In this document: positions 23,958-33,922 of the stretch, in pieces
Layout: each line of letters starts with the position of its first letter
How positions within the stretch are numbered: the first letter of the stretch is position 1
Assembly (NCBI GenBank): GCA_946965045.2
Contig: OX337229.1
Span: 124,001-188,000 of the forward strand
DNA length: 64,000 bases
From: Epithemia pelagica
Taxonomy: Eukaryota > Protista > Bacillariophyta
Reading direction: 5' to 3'
Notes under the pieces: generated by a model
The model's input: only the letters and a program-made list of their open reading frames with translations
What the model was told of the DNA's origin: nothing
Databases searched by the model: none
Made by a program: the position numbers and the translations under genes

Positions 23958-26900
23958 CTATCGCTCCAGTCGATGTCAATGACCAAGCCCAACGAAATTA
24001 CAGTTCCAACCTTCATGTGCGAGTTAGACTCACATGCCGATACATGTTGTCTTGGCCGAGGCTGTCACGTTCTGTATCAGACTGACACTGCCGATGTCAG
24101 TGATTTCACGGAAACACTGGGAAAATTGAATGAGACTCCAGTCATCACGGGTGTCCTTGCCTACGATGACCCTGAGAGCGGAGCAACCTTCTTGCTCTAC
24201 TTCCACCAAGCGCTGTACCTTCCTCAAATGGATCGTTGTCTTTTAAATCCCAATCAGATGAGAGAGGCCGGTGTTATGGTCAATGACGTCCCTTTGAAGT
24301 TTCTACCATCGACAGAACGAAATGAAAGGGCTCATGCGATCGTAGCTAAAGACTCTGAGGAAAAGGAACTTGTAATCCCAATGGACTTGCGTGGGATCAT
24401 CAGTCAGTTCAAAGTAAGAAAGCCGACCGCACACGAGATCGAGAATATGGACTCGTGCTATCGGATCGATATGACCAACGCAACACCCGAATGGCGACCA
24501 AATGACTCAGCAGCAGAATATGATGCTGATGAAAGAAAGCTTCGGGATGCGATTGTTCACGACACTATCGTAGAGAAACCTTCAAGGGATCTACAAGTTG
24601 ACTCCCTTTATTCTGTGAGAAGAATCAATGGGCGCACCATCACCATTGCCAAGACCACGCATACTCGAAAGGGGACAGTGCAGCCACAAGATTTAGCCAC
24701 ACGATGGAATATTGGACTCAAGACAGCGGAGCGCACCTTTGAAGAAACAACGCAGCTCGGAGTGCGTGACTTCAATGAACATGGTGGTTCTAAGCGTCTG
24801 AGACACACTGCCTACCAACTTCGGCACCGCCGTCTGCGAGCGGACGTATATACCGATACCTTATTTGCCGAAACAAAATCATTGGACCAACATACATGCG
24901 GTCAAATCTTTGCTACCGACTTTGGATGGGTGCATTTCGTCCCAATGCGCAAGCGAAGTGAAGCACCATCCACTCTGCCTCCTCTCTTTGACGAATATGG
25001 CATATTCAACCATATTGTCCCCGACAACGCCCCAGAGCTCACCTCTTTGGAGTTCAAGCGCGTTGCATCAAAGTATGGGTGTCGTCTCAAACCAGTGGAA
25101 GCTTGGACCCCCAATCAAAACCTCGCCGAGGCTAATATACGCGAGTTGAAACGAATCTATCGGCGAGAGATGCGTCAAAGCAATGCGCCAGCCGTGTTAT
25201 GGGACCATTGCCTTATGCTAGTGGCAGAGAGAAGATCACATACATCGCAAGCAAATGGGAATCCGCCTCCAATTCAAATCCTTACTGGCGATACTCCCGA
25301 TATATCACACTTGATCGAACACAAATGGTACGATTTTGTATGGTACAGCAATCCCGGGTTTGAAGGACGAAAGCTTGGGAGATGGCTCGGCCCCAGCCAT
25401 TCTGTCGGTCAGGCCATGTGTGCCAAAATACTGACGGAGAAGGGCAAGATCGTACATCGAACGTCCGTCTGGCCCATTACCAGGGCAGTGCAAAACGACG
25501 AGGCCTTTCGAGAGCAACGTGAACAGTTCACATCGACTCTTGGAGAAGCACTTGGTGCGAGAATGGCAGGTATCCCTGCTGAAGACAACGATGAGCCCAA
25601 GGAGGCTGATACCCCTCTATATGAGCCATACGAAGACGATGAGCAAGCTGATGTCTCCATGCCAGAAGCTGATCATTATGCTCCGGATTCCTATGACAAA
25701 TTGATAAGCGCAAAAGTCATGCTCCCCTTAGGGGATAATAAGCGAAAGGGGACTGTCAAACGTCGGAAACGAGATGCCGACGGTAAAGTGATTGGTACAG
25801 CGTCGAGCAATCCGTTGCTTGATACGAGCCTGTACGAAGTGGAATTCGACGACGGACATACGCAAGCATATGCCGCCAACATTATTGCTGAAAGCATCTT
25901 TGAGCAACTAGACGAGGAAGGGAATCGATATCGCATAATCGACGACATTCTCGACCACAAGAAAGACGCCAGCGCAATCCCAATCTCTGATGGAGAATTT
26001 GTGCTGAACGGACAAACACATAAAAAGAAGACAACGAGAGGATGGTTCCTCTGTATCCAATGGAAGGATGGGTCCACCAGCTGGGAACGGCTAAAGGACT
26101 TGAAGGAATCCTATCCACTGGAATTGGCCCAATACGCTGTCGCAAATAAGCTGGACAAGGAACCAGCCTTCAACTGGTGGGTACCTTTCACCATCAAGCG
26201 CAGTAAACGACTGATCAAGGCCGTCTCCAGTAGCAAGCGGTACATGCGTACATGGCAGAAGTACGGAGTAGAGGTACCGAAGACTGTGGAACGGGCTCTT
26301 GAGATCGACAGAGAGACCGGAACAGATTATTGGAGGAAGGCCTTGCAACTGGAAATGTCCAAGATCTTTCCTTGTATGAAGATTCTTGAGGAAGGCTCTT
26401 CCACCCCCATTGGCTACCAAACTATCCCGTGCCATATCGTCTTTGACGTTAAAATGGACTTTACACGGAAGGCTCGGTATGTAGCTGGGGGACATAAAAC
26501 GTCCGAACCAGAAGCTCCAACCTATGCAAGCGTCGTGAGCAGGGATAGTGTGCGTATTGGCTTCTTGATGGCAGCCTTGAATGGTCTTGACGTGCTAACC
26601 GCGGACATTGCCGGTGCCTACTTAAATGCACCATGTCTCGAGAAGGTCTGCACGGTTTGCGGATTGGAATTTGGTCCAGAATACAAAGGTCGTATAGCCA
26701 TCATTACCAGGGCTCTTTATGGCTTAAAGACAAGCGCTTATGCATGGCGCGAGCTGTTATCAACGACATTACAGACAGATCTCGGATACAAGCCTTGCAG
26801 AGCTGATCCAGACGTCTATATCCGACCCTCCACCAAGGCTGATGGCATGCGATATTACGAAATGCTTTTTGTCTATACGGATGATATTTTGGTGGTGTCG

Positions 26901-27953
26901 CATAAGCCGCAAGAGACGCTTACTATGCTGGATCATCACTACCTATTGAAGCCTGATTCCATTGGAATACCGAAGATCTATCTCGGTAATCAAGTCGAAC
27001 AATATGACATAAACAATGATGCGAGTCAACGGTGCTGGGCCCTTAGTTCGAACAAATATGCCAAGGCCGCTATCCAAAACGTATCAGACTGGCTGGAAGA
27101 ACACGGGCGAAAGTTGAAAACACGAGTATCAACCGTTTTGCCAAGTGGCTATCGCCCAGAAATGGACGTAAGTCCGTATTGTGACGATGAACTCCTGTCC
27201 TTTTATCAACAACAACTTGGAGTACTACGGTGGTTGGTTGAATTGGGACGCATCGACATCACAACAGAAGTTTCGATGCTTGCTGCCTTTCTAGCAGGAC
27301 CAAGAGAAGGACACGTGGAGGCAATGCTGCATCTCTTCGCGTACCTAAAATTTCACGATCGTTCTCGATTGGTATTGGACCCGTCGTACATTGAGCACGG
27401 GGACGAACCCATGGGGGATTGGACAGCATTCTACCCCAATGCGAAGGAAGAAGTTCCATTAGACGCACCAGAGCCATTGGGCAACCCTCTACAAATGACT
27501 TGTTTCGTTGACTCCGATCACGCCGGCGACTTACTAACGCGACGATCCAGAACTGGAGTTCTTATCTACCTAAATCGGTCACCCATATTGTGGTACAGCA
27601 AGAAGCAGACCAGTGTGGAGACTTCTACTTTTGGTTCTGAGTTCATGGCCCTCAAAGTGGGCATCGAAATGTTACGAGGTCTACGTTATAAACTACGAAT
27701 GATGGGAATACCACTCGATGGACACGCACATGTCCGTTGTGATAACATGTCAGTGGTGTCCAATAGCTCGAAGCCAGAATCAACATTGAAGAAGAAGTCG
27801 AATGCAGTTGCATACCATTACGTTCGAGAAAATGTGGCAAATGGAGTGTGTCGTATTGCCTATGAGCCATCCACAACTAATTTGGCTGATCTCTTGACGA
27901 AGGTCCAAACAGGACCAGAACGAACAAGACTTGCTGGAATGATCTTGTTTTGA
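23958..27953 (+). CDS. pol: Copia Pol (protease, integrase with Tudor-like and chromodomain tail, RT, RNase H)
   Basis: ELDSHADTCC (PR); YTDT/VPDNAPE/NLAEANI (DDE); QWKDGSTSWE (chromo); KARYVAGGH, DIAGAYL, ALYGLK, YTDDIL (RT); VDSDHAG, SEFMA, CDN, ADLLTK (RH). In frame with gag; first ATG at 23973. Confidence 0.95.
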   Translation, partial: LSLQSMSMTKPNEITVPTFMCELDSHADTCCLGRGCHVLYQTDTADVSDFTETLGKLNETPVITGVLAYDDPESGATFLLYFHQALYLPQMDRCLLNPNQMREAGVMVNDVPLKFLPSTERNERAHAIVAKDSEEKELVIPMDLRGIISQFKVRKPTAHEIENMDSCYRIDMTNATPEWRPNDSAAEYDADERKLRDAIVHDTIVEKPSRDLQVDSLYSVRRINGRTITIAKTTHTRKGTVQPQDLATRWNIGLKTAERTFEETTQLGVRDFNEHGGSKRLRHTAYQLRHRRLRADVYTDTLFAETKSLDQHTCGQIFATDFGWVHFVPMRKRSEAPSTLPPLFDEYGIFNHIVPDNAPELTSLEFKRVASKYGCRLKPVEAWTPNQNLAEANIRELKRIYRREMRQSNAPAVLWDHCLMLVAERRSHTSQANGNPPPIQILTGDTPDISHLIEHKWYDFVWYSNPGFEGRKLGRWLGPSHSVGQAMCAKILTEKGKIVHRTSVWPITRAVQNDEAFREQREQFTSTLGEALGARMAGIPAEDNDEPKEADTPLYEPYEDDEQADVSMPEADHYAPDSYDKLISAKVMLPLGDNKRKGTVKRRKRDADGKVIGTASSNPLLDTSLYEVEFDDGHTQAYAANIIAESIFEQLDEEGNRYRIIDDILDHKKDASAIPISDGEFVLNGQTHKKKTTRGWFLCIQWKDGSTSWERLKDLKESYPLELAQYAVANKLDKEPAFNWWVPFTIKRSKRLIKAVSSSKRYMRTWQKYGVEVPKTVERALEIDRETGTDYWRKALQLEMSKIFPCMKILEEGSSTPIGYQTIPCHIVFDVKMDFTRKARYVAGGHKTSEPEAPTYASVVSRDSVRIGFLMAALNGLDVLTADIAGAYLNAPCLEKVCTVCGLEFGPEYKGRIAIITRALYGLKTSAYAWRELLSTTLQTDLGYKPCRADPDVYIRPSTKADGMRYYEMLFVYTDDILVVSHKPQETLTMLDHHYLLKPDSIGIPKIYLGNQVEQYDINNDASQRCWALSSNKYAKAAIQNVSDWLEEHGRKLKTRVSTVLPSGYRPEMDVSPYCDDELLSFYQQQLGVLRWLVELGRIDITTEVSMLAAFLAGPREGHVEAMLHLFAYLKFHDRSRLVLDPSYIEHGDEPMGDWTAFYPNAKEEVPLDAPEPLGNPLQMTCFVDSDHAGDLLTRRSRTGVLIYLNRSPILWYSKKQTSVETSTFGSEFMALKVGIEMLRGLRYKLRMMGIPLDGHAHVRCDNMSVVSNSSKPESTLKKKSNAVAYHYVRENVANGVCRIAYEPSTTNLADLLTKVQTGPERTRLAGMILF

Positions 27954-28093
27954 GTACGTTTCCCGCCGCCTGGAAAGGGTCAGGGTACGTCCTGCACTCA
28001 TATGAGTCTCTAAAAGCAGGTTTATGTTACACGAAGAAAGGAGTGATGGAGGATGCACAATTCACTCGAAGATCATAGCGAACGAGAAATTGT

Positions 28094-28100
28094 GAGGGGA
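28094..28100 (+). other. Polypurine tract
   Basis: GAGGGGA lies one base before the 3' LTR. Confidence 0.7.
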
Positions 28101-28101
28101 C

Positions 28102-28214
28102 CAAGAAGCGCGACCGATATTGAGCGAATTTTAAGCGAATAGCTAACCCCATGAGGGGCAACCGGTCTAGGTCTCACTTGTAGAATTTTCCTCTGTAAAC
28201 GATGGCGTAATTTG
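28102..28214 (+). repeat. 3' LTR (113 bp)
   Basis: Identical to the 5' LTR; preceded by a purine tract and followed by TCCG. Confidence 0.92.
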
Positions 28215-28611
28215 TCCGGATCAAACTTCTGCCCACCTCAGGCCCTAATCGGAAAACCGGTCAAACTGAATGGGCCTCATGAATGTTGCTCTTCATGAGC
28301 GACGCATCGTACCGCATCGGTCAAGAAGGGATCGACGGACGAACGATGACCAAGTAAACGCACCCAAAGAGTTCCTGGAAGATTCAGTTGTGTTGGGACG
28401 GTCATTGGATGACCGACCCAACAAAGTTTCAACAATCATAAAGTACTTTAATATAATGTTATCAGGTTGATGAACGAGACAGGAACGCTGAAGTGTTGCG
28501 ATTGCTTGGAAGAGAGAGGATGAAGTACCCAACACGCGACACGAAGAATTTACGAGAGAGACAAAAACCAATCCGAACTCGGTCTCATAATTTCTCCGAT
28601 GTTCATGGCAA

Positions 28612-29444
28612 ATGGCAAACCACAACAACCCTGCCACAATTCAAACCAACATCAAGATACAAACCGTGCCAAAACCCAAGAATACAAGCATGAAAGCCTA
28701 TACCTTTGAGGATTTGGATCTGGTATTGACCACATGGAATACTGCCAAAGATGAAACCAAGAACTTTTACGACGAGTTTGGGATGCACTGTATGGAACGG
28801 TACGTAAAAGGCTCAGAACAAAGGCTGGAAGAACATGATGTAATCCTGATCCTGGTGGATCTCACATGTCTTTTTGTCTCCTCCTTCTGGACCAAACGCA
28901 ATGACGACCCTACAGATTGTTGGAATTGGAACCAAGCGTGAAGCAAGCCTTTGGTTGCAAAAGCGAATCCGATGTTGTATCGTGCGACATTGTTTCGTGT
29001 CATGGCACCTTGTTTGCCACGGTATTGGACACGATGTTGCACATGTTGGGTCCGGCGCCGGAAGACGACAATGTCACGACACCTCTGTTGCACCAAATGG
29101 GTCGTCATCATGCCGCCATGGGCATTGTCGCACCGTCCTGGTTTGAGGCCATGGGACATGCCATTGTGCAGGCCCTGGAAACACTCTTGCAATCAATGGA
29201 TCGTCCTCGCACGTCATTCTGTACATCCTTGACACTGCGAGAAATTCGTGCCTGGCAAACCGTGTATGCGGCTCTCTCGTCCGAAATGCTCCAAGCCATG
29301 GGACCCATCGATGATGATGAGGAAGATGAAGACGAAGACGAGGAAGAATCCATCTCTGTTCGTCAAGAGCAGCAACCGTATGTGCAGAGAGTATCGATCC
29401 AAGACACTGTCGAGGAAACCATTTCGATACGACGAGGACGGTAA
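28612..29444 (+). CDS. Single-domain globin, 2 exons
   Basis: Intron 28800-28915 (GTACGT..TACAG) joins CMER|LLELEP. CD1 Phe (QAFG), E7 His (CHG), F8 His (GRHH) and helix H AWQTVY are present. Start is 28612 or 28690. Confidence 0.85.
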
Positions 29445-29697
29445 TACTGATGTGGCTCACACTATCATGTCGTCATTCTCTTTGGGAGGAACACATAATG
29501 CCACAGTGCTTCTGCGATCGTTGACACAATTCTCTTTTTGTTTGAAACAAGAGAAGAAATGATTTGGTTTCAGAGATTTTGAAAAAGCTGTCTACCTGTA
29601 TAAATGCTACTAGAAATAATAGAGGAAGGCTTTTGGAACGTTTTGTTTTGACTGTATCAACGTGCAATGTATTATATTTTGTATCGAATGAAACGCC

Positions 29698-30372
29698 TCA
29701 TTCGGAGACGGGCAGGTACATTTTGGCCACGTCCTGACGAAATAGATTGAAAGAGAACGCATGAGTGAGTATACTACTTTGTGGGGAGCAACAAGTCTAG
29801 GAACCAACGCCAACGGTACGTACGTCAATGGCATGATCCAAGGCATTGCATGCCACCTTGGCATTCATGGATTGTTTGGCCTGGACGGCACATTGCAACA
29901 GTGCATGATGGGCCTGGAGGGCATCCCTACAATCCTGCTCCGTGGAAAAGACACCGTGCGACTTGACGCGTTGACACAAGCCATAATTGCAGACTGTATC
30001 GATAGTCTTTTGACAATGTTCTTCCTTGGTGACAATCCATCGAATCAGTTGATTCATGGCCGTGACATCCCCTCGTTTCTTGTTTATTTTCTGGCACGAC
30101 ACCATGGCCTTGCGAATCGTCGTGGCCGATTGTCGTAATTCGGCAACCATGGCTGGATCGTCAAAAATACCACACGGAACTTGACAATGTCCGCCCCGCC
30201 AGTGTAGACCCCAACGGCGTTGTTGTTGTCGTTGTTGTGGCTGCTGCTGCTGGCGTGGTGCAAGGCGGAGCGACCAGCATGGGAGAGACGATGCCTCCAC
30301 TGCCGTACTGGATGTACCAATTCCAATCGAGACGAGCAGGAGTAGTACAAGAACGTGAATGGGAGAAGCCAT
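29698..30372 (-). CDS. sodN: Nickel superoxide dismutase with N-terminal signal peptide, 2 exons
   Basis: Ni-hook HCQVPCGIF (His codon 30189-30187), NQLIRW and KEEH. Intron 29734-29823 gives the C-terminus HAID|DVAKMYLPVSE. Hydrophobic leader VLVLLLLVSIGIG. Confidence 0.9.
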
Positions 30373-31157
30373 GCACCACGAGTGCGACTGCATCCTTCTT
30401 CTTGTGTATGACTCGTTCGAGGATGCTACCGTCCCAACCATGATGCGAGTATGGTCACCGTGACACCAATTGATTTGGATGGCAGAGCCACAAAACTCCA
30501 CAATGGCAGACACTCGCTCTCCAATCGGAAACCCTCGAGTTACCAATCGGTCGACTAGTTGACTCTCTCGAGTCTGGTTTCTTCTACAACGCCTTCTTCC
30601 TTTGAATACTACCGTTGTACGACAAACCAAGTGTCGGCTGCCAATCGAAAGATCCACATATCTTCCAAAAAAAGATTCTCTCGAGAAGGCTAATGTCTCT
30701 TGGCGCGATCGAAATGCCGTTTTAAGGTCGCTTGTAGATCGCGTTTATCAGCGCATCATAACCTATCGAAACTATCCACTGGCGAATGGCATGCGGTGTA
30801 CTCTAACTAGAGTAGGTAGATCCACAGTCCATACTAGGAGTACTCTTGTGGAGCACAAAAACCATCGTCTTCCATTCAAGGTATAATGCTAATATGTAGA
30901 TTAATGTATTTCGATCAATGCCGTTCCGGCAGTGTCGATCTATGTAGAGAGGTACGTTCCAGTGTTTCCTCCGAATAGTATAGTGTGCTTGGTGTGGTCC
31001 CCACAAGGAGTTGGAATGGACCATGTCGAAAACAAAAGAGGCACTCCCAGGCCACTTTAGGTTCTCCAGCAATGTGTTTGTACAAGCAGATTACGGATAA
31101 TGGAGCATTGTACGACCGTGTAATCTTGGAGAGCTGCCCACGCGCTTTTTTACCTCG

Positions 31158-32675
31158 TTAGTAGGACGCCGCCGCCGCCGCGGCAACCACTTGTGCACTC
31201 GACGATGCTTGTCCGACAAATTGTGCCAAACGTCGCGAGGGTGCCGAAATGGCTTGACATTTTCGGCGTCGCAGTTGCCACAATTCGTCGACCGTCAAGT
31301 GGGGATACCGGGCCGGTGTCACGTCAGAGTGGACGACCCGCCACAAGGCTTTCCATTGCGCATGCTTTTTCAATACCTTGTGGTGGTGGTTGGTGTCGTT
31401 GGACAAAGAGGTTGTTTGGGTCGAGACGGCGGCCAAGGAAAGCGCCAATCGTTGGACCAATCCAGTCCGAGGGACTGTCGATTGCAAATGCATTCGAAAG
31501 TCATCCAGTAACCGAGGATCCATCTCCACGACCGCTTCTTCTTCTTCCTCGTCGTCCTCACAATTGTGGGTCTCCTTGGTTGGGTGTGATTTCGGGTCGT
31601 CCTTGTCGTCACTTGTAGTCTTGATGTTGTTGGTGCTTCCAGTCTTTTGTTTCGAGTTTTCTCCTCCCTGCACGGCACATTGGTAGACTTGCAACAAGAC
31701 ACTGGGATAGGAGGATGGATCGAGAAGGGCAGCGCCTTGTCCATATTCCATCCAGACCAATTTGCGCACCTTTTCATAGGCTTGGACGGAATCGAAATGT
31801 TTCATGGTATTGCATTCGGCCGTGGAATACCACAAGACGGATTCGGTTGTCGTAGAAGTAGTAGTCTTCGTAGAATCGTCGTCCTGGTCGTCGGTTGCAG
31901 TTGGAATCACGGTCACTTGTGGGTCAAACGAGACGACACGTGGCCCATTTCGGCTGAGGCAACTACTACTGTTGCTTCGCATGGTGGAGGACGACGAATC
32001 GTCCAAACCGACAGTTTCCGAGTCCTTCGTTTGGTTCTGTTTCTTGGTTTTCTGTTTCGTTTGCTTGGGCTTTTCGGATGGAATGCGACGAATCTTGTTG
32101 TTGTTGTTGTTGTTCTTGCGTGGCTCCTGTTTTTTACTGGACGTGGACTTGGTACTGTTCGTTGCGTCCTTGGGTTTGTTCTTGTTGTTGCTGTTCGGAT
32201 TGCTTGCTTTCAAGGGTCGCAATCGAGAGAGCGACAGCAAGGAGGAGGAGGACGAGGAGAGTTCGGACGCTACTGCTTTGGAAGGACTGGTGGCTGTTGT
32301 ATCCAAAAGACTGCTGTTGTGATTGTCGTTCTGTTGGCCATTGCTCATGATGCTACTCGGACCATTGGAACTATGGCAACTGGACCATGCCGTACTCCAG
32401 GACGAACAAGATTCATCATCATCGTAGTCAACATCATCCTCATTGCCGTTGTGAGGATTCTGTCGTCGTGAGATCAACAATCCTCGTCCTCGCCGGCGGT
32501 GACGACGTTGACTGGACCGTCCGGCCAGAGACGACAAAAAGGTAAGTCGACGGTTCGGTTCCGAGGACAAGGACAAGCCATCATCGAGGACCAGAGAACG
32601 CTTGGATTGGTACGGAGACAAGGTCACGGGCGAAATGGGAACATGAGCAGGAAGAGAACAACGAGGAGAATGCAT
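31158..32675 (-). CDS. Low-complexity protein with RVxF-type motif and conserved WY..E / RTGL / CQAIS.PS blocks
   Basis: RVVSFDPQVTVIP..LWYSTAEC..RTGLVQ..KCQAISAPSRRLAQ; paralogue at 33923-34846. Confidence 0.7.
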   Translation of the reverse strand: MHSPRCSLPAHVPISPVTLSPYQSKRSLVLDDGLSLSSEPNRRLTFLSSLAGRSSQRRHRRRGRGLLISRRQNPHNGNEDDVDYDDDESCSSWSTAWSSCHSSNGPSSIMSNGQQNDNHNSSLLDTTATSPSKAVASELSSSSSSLLSLSRLRPLKASNPNSNNKNKPKDATNSTKSTSSKKQEPRKNNNNNNKIRRIPSEKPKQTKQKTKKQNQTKDSETVGLDDSSSSTMRSNSSSCLSRNGPRVVSFDPQVTVIPTATDDQDDDSTKTTTSTTTESVLWYSTAECNTMKHFDSVQAYEKVRKLVWMEYGQGAALLDPSSYPSVLLQVYQCAVQGGENSKQKTGSTNNIKTTSDDKDDPKSHPTKETHNCEDDEEEEEAVVEMDPRLLDDFRMHLQSTVPRTGLVQRLALSLAAVSTQTTSLSNDTNHHHKVLKKHAQWKALWRVVHSDVTPARYPHLTVDELWQLRRRKCQAISAPSRRLAQFVGQASSSAQVVAAAAAASY

Positions 32676-33922
32676 TTTGAGGAGCCAACAACCCACAAAA
32701 GAGCAAGACGATGGTGATTGGAATTGTTGTTGTTGTTGTTGTTGTTGTTGTATGTGTGTCTGGGGGAAATGCAAACCAGAACAGATTACTATCAATGGCG
32801 ACAAACACCGACAAACAAACACAATCTAAGTGGTGTCTCGGAATACGGAAAAAGCGTCGTCTCGAAACAAAGAACAGGAAATCGGCCGCTCACTCTCTCT
32901 TTCTTGTCGTGGAATCTATTTTACTGTGAGTTGATTATTTTTGTGGGAGGAGGAATCCGTACAAACTACTACTACTTGGCGGGGCCTCTTTGGAACTCGT
33001 TCAGCAGTCCTATGTGCCTCCCCTTCCAATCTCCCAGGAAAGGATTAATTGAAAATTGAAAAGACGAATGGTGCTCGTTCCATACTGTAGATATCGCATC
33101 GGTATCTGTTATAATAGAGTATAGAATGATACTTTTATCTGATGAAAAGCTCGTTGGGACCCCCACGACGAAGGAAGATCCGTCGCTTATTACTTCGCAG
33201 AAATTAAGCTGCTGTCCAAACAAGTCGTGGACTTGTTGGCTGGGATAGTTTATAGTCGAGTACAATTTTACACAATCTCACTTTGTCCCAGCACGAATCA
33301 GGCATCCTGTCTTGCTCACTCCCACTACGCAGAGTGCGAACGCAGCGAGTCGACCCAACACTCATCTCGCCGCTCAAGGTGTCCGAGCTTGTCGCACATT
33401 GCATCGCACACCGTTGGAAAGCGACTCTTGCGTGCTTCGACACTTGTCTTGTGCATCTCCACTCTCCACTGTTCCGACATTCCCTTGTGTTCCGGATTTA
33501 CGGGTGAGAAACAATTAGGCCCGACAAGCTTTGCCCATACGATTTTCCCCCAAGCCCCGCCAGCTGGTCTCTCGACAAAGAGTTAACAAAGAATGCCTGG
33601 ATCCTTACGTAGGCAATAATAGTCGGATAGCAAACAGAGCTTAGTTGACACAAAGAGATCTGTCATCTTGACAATTGCCTTTCTCCCAATCAAGACAGGT
33701 GCCAAGCCATTCTGCAATAGCTTTCCCTACAGAATAATTTCCGACTAGAGTCATTGAGATGTGATCTATCTCTACCCTACCAGATCCGAAAAGATATTGC
33801 GACCATGTCTCCAACGGTTCTCCTTGGTGGACACAATTTGCAAGTCCACAATTTGATTTGTGTGTCTTTTTTATGACATAGAAGTTTCGAGATTCCAAAG
33901 ATCCAACAAACAAACAACCACC

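Larger units (their letters stand above)
21980..28214 (+). mobile_element. Intact Ty1/Copia (CoDi-like) LTR retrotransposon, 6,235 bp
   Basis: Two identical 113-bp LTRs, a TCCG direct repeat on both flanks (21976-21979 and 28215-28218), gag, and pol in PR-INT-RT-RH order. Confidence 0.95.

Noticed and set aside
17870-30372. Operon-like metal/redox cluster including the PLP enzyme
   Set aside because: The PLP enzyme is 8 kb away across a retrotransposon, and no functional link is visible in the sequence.
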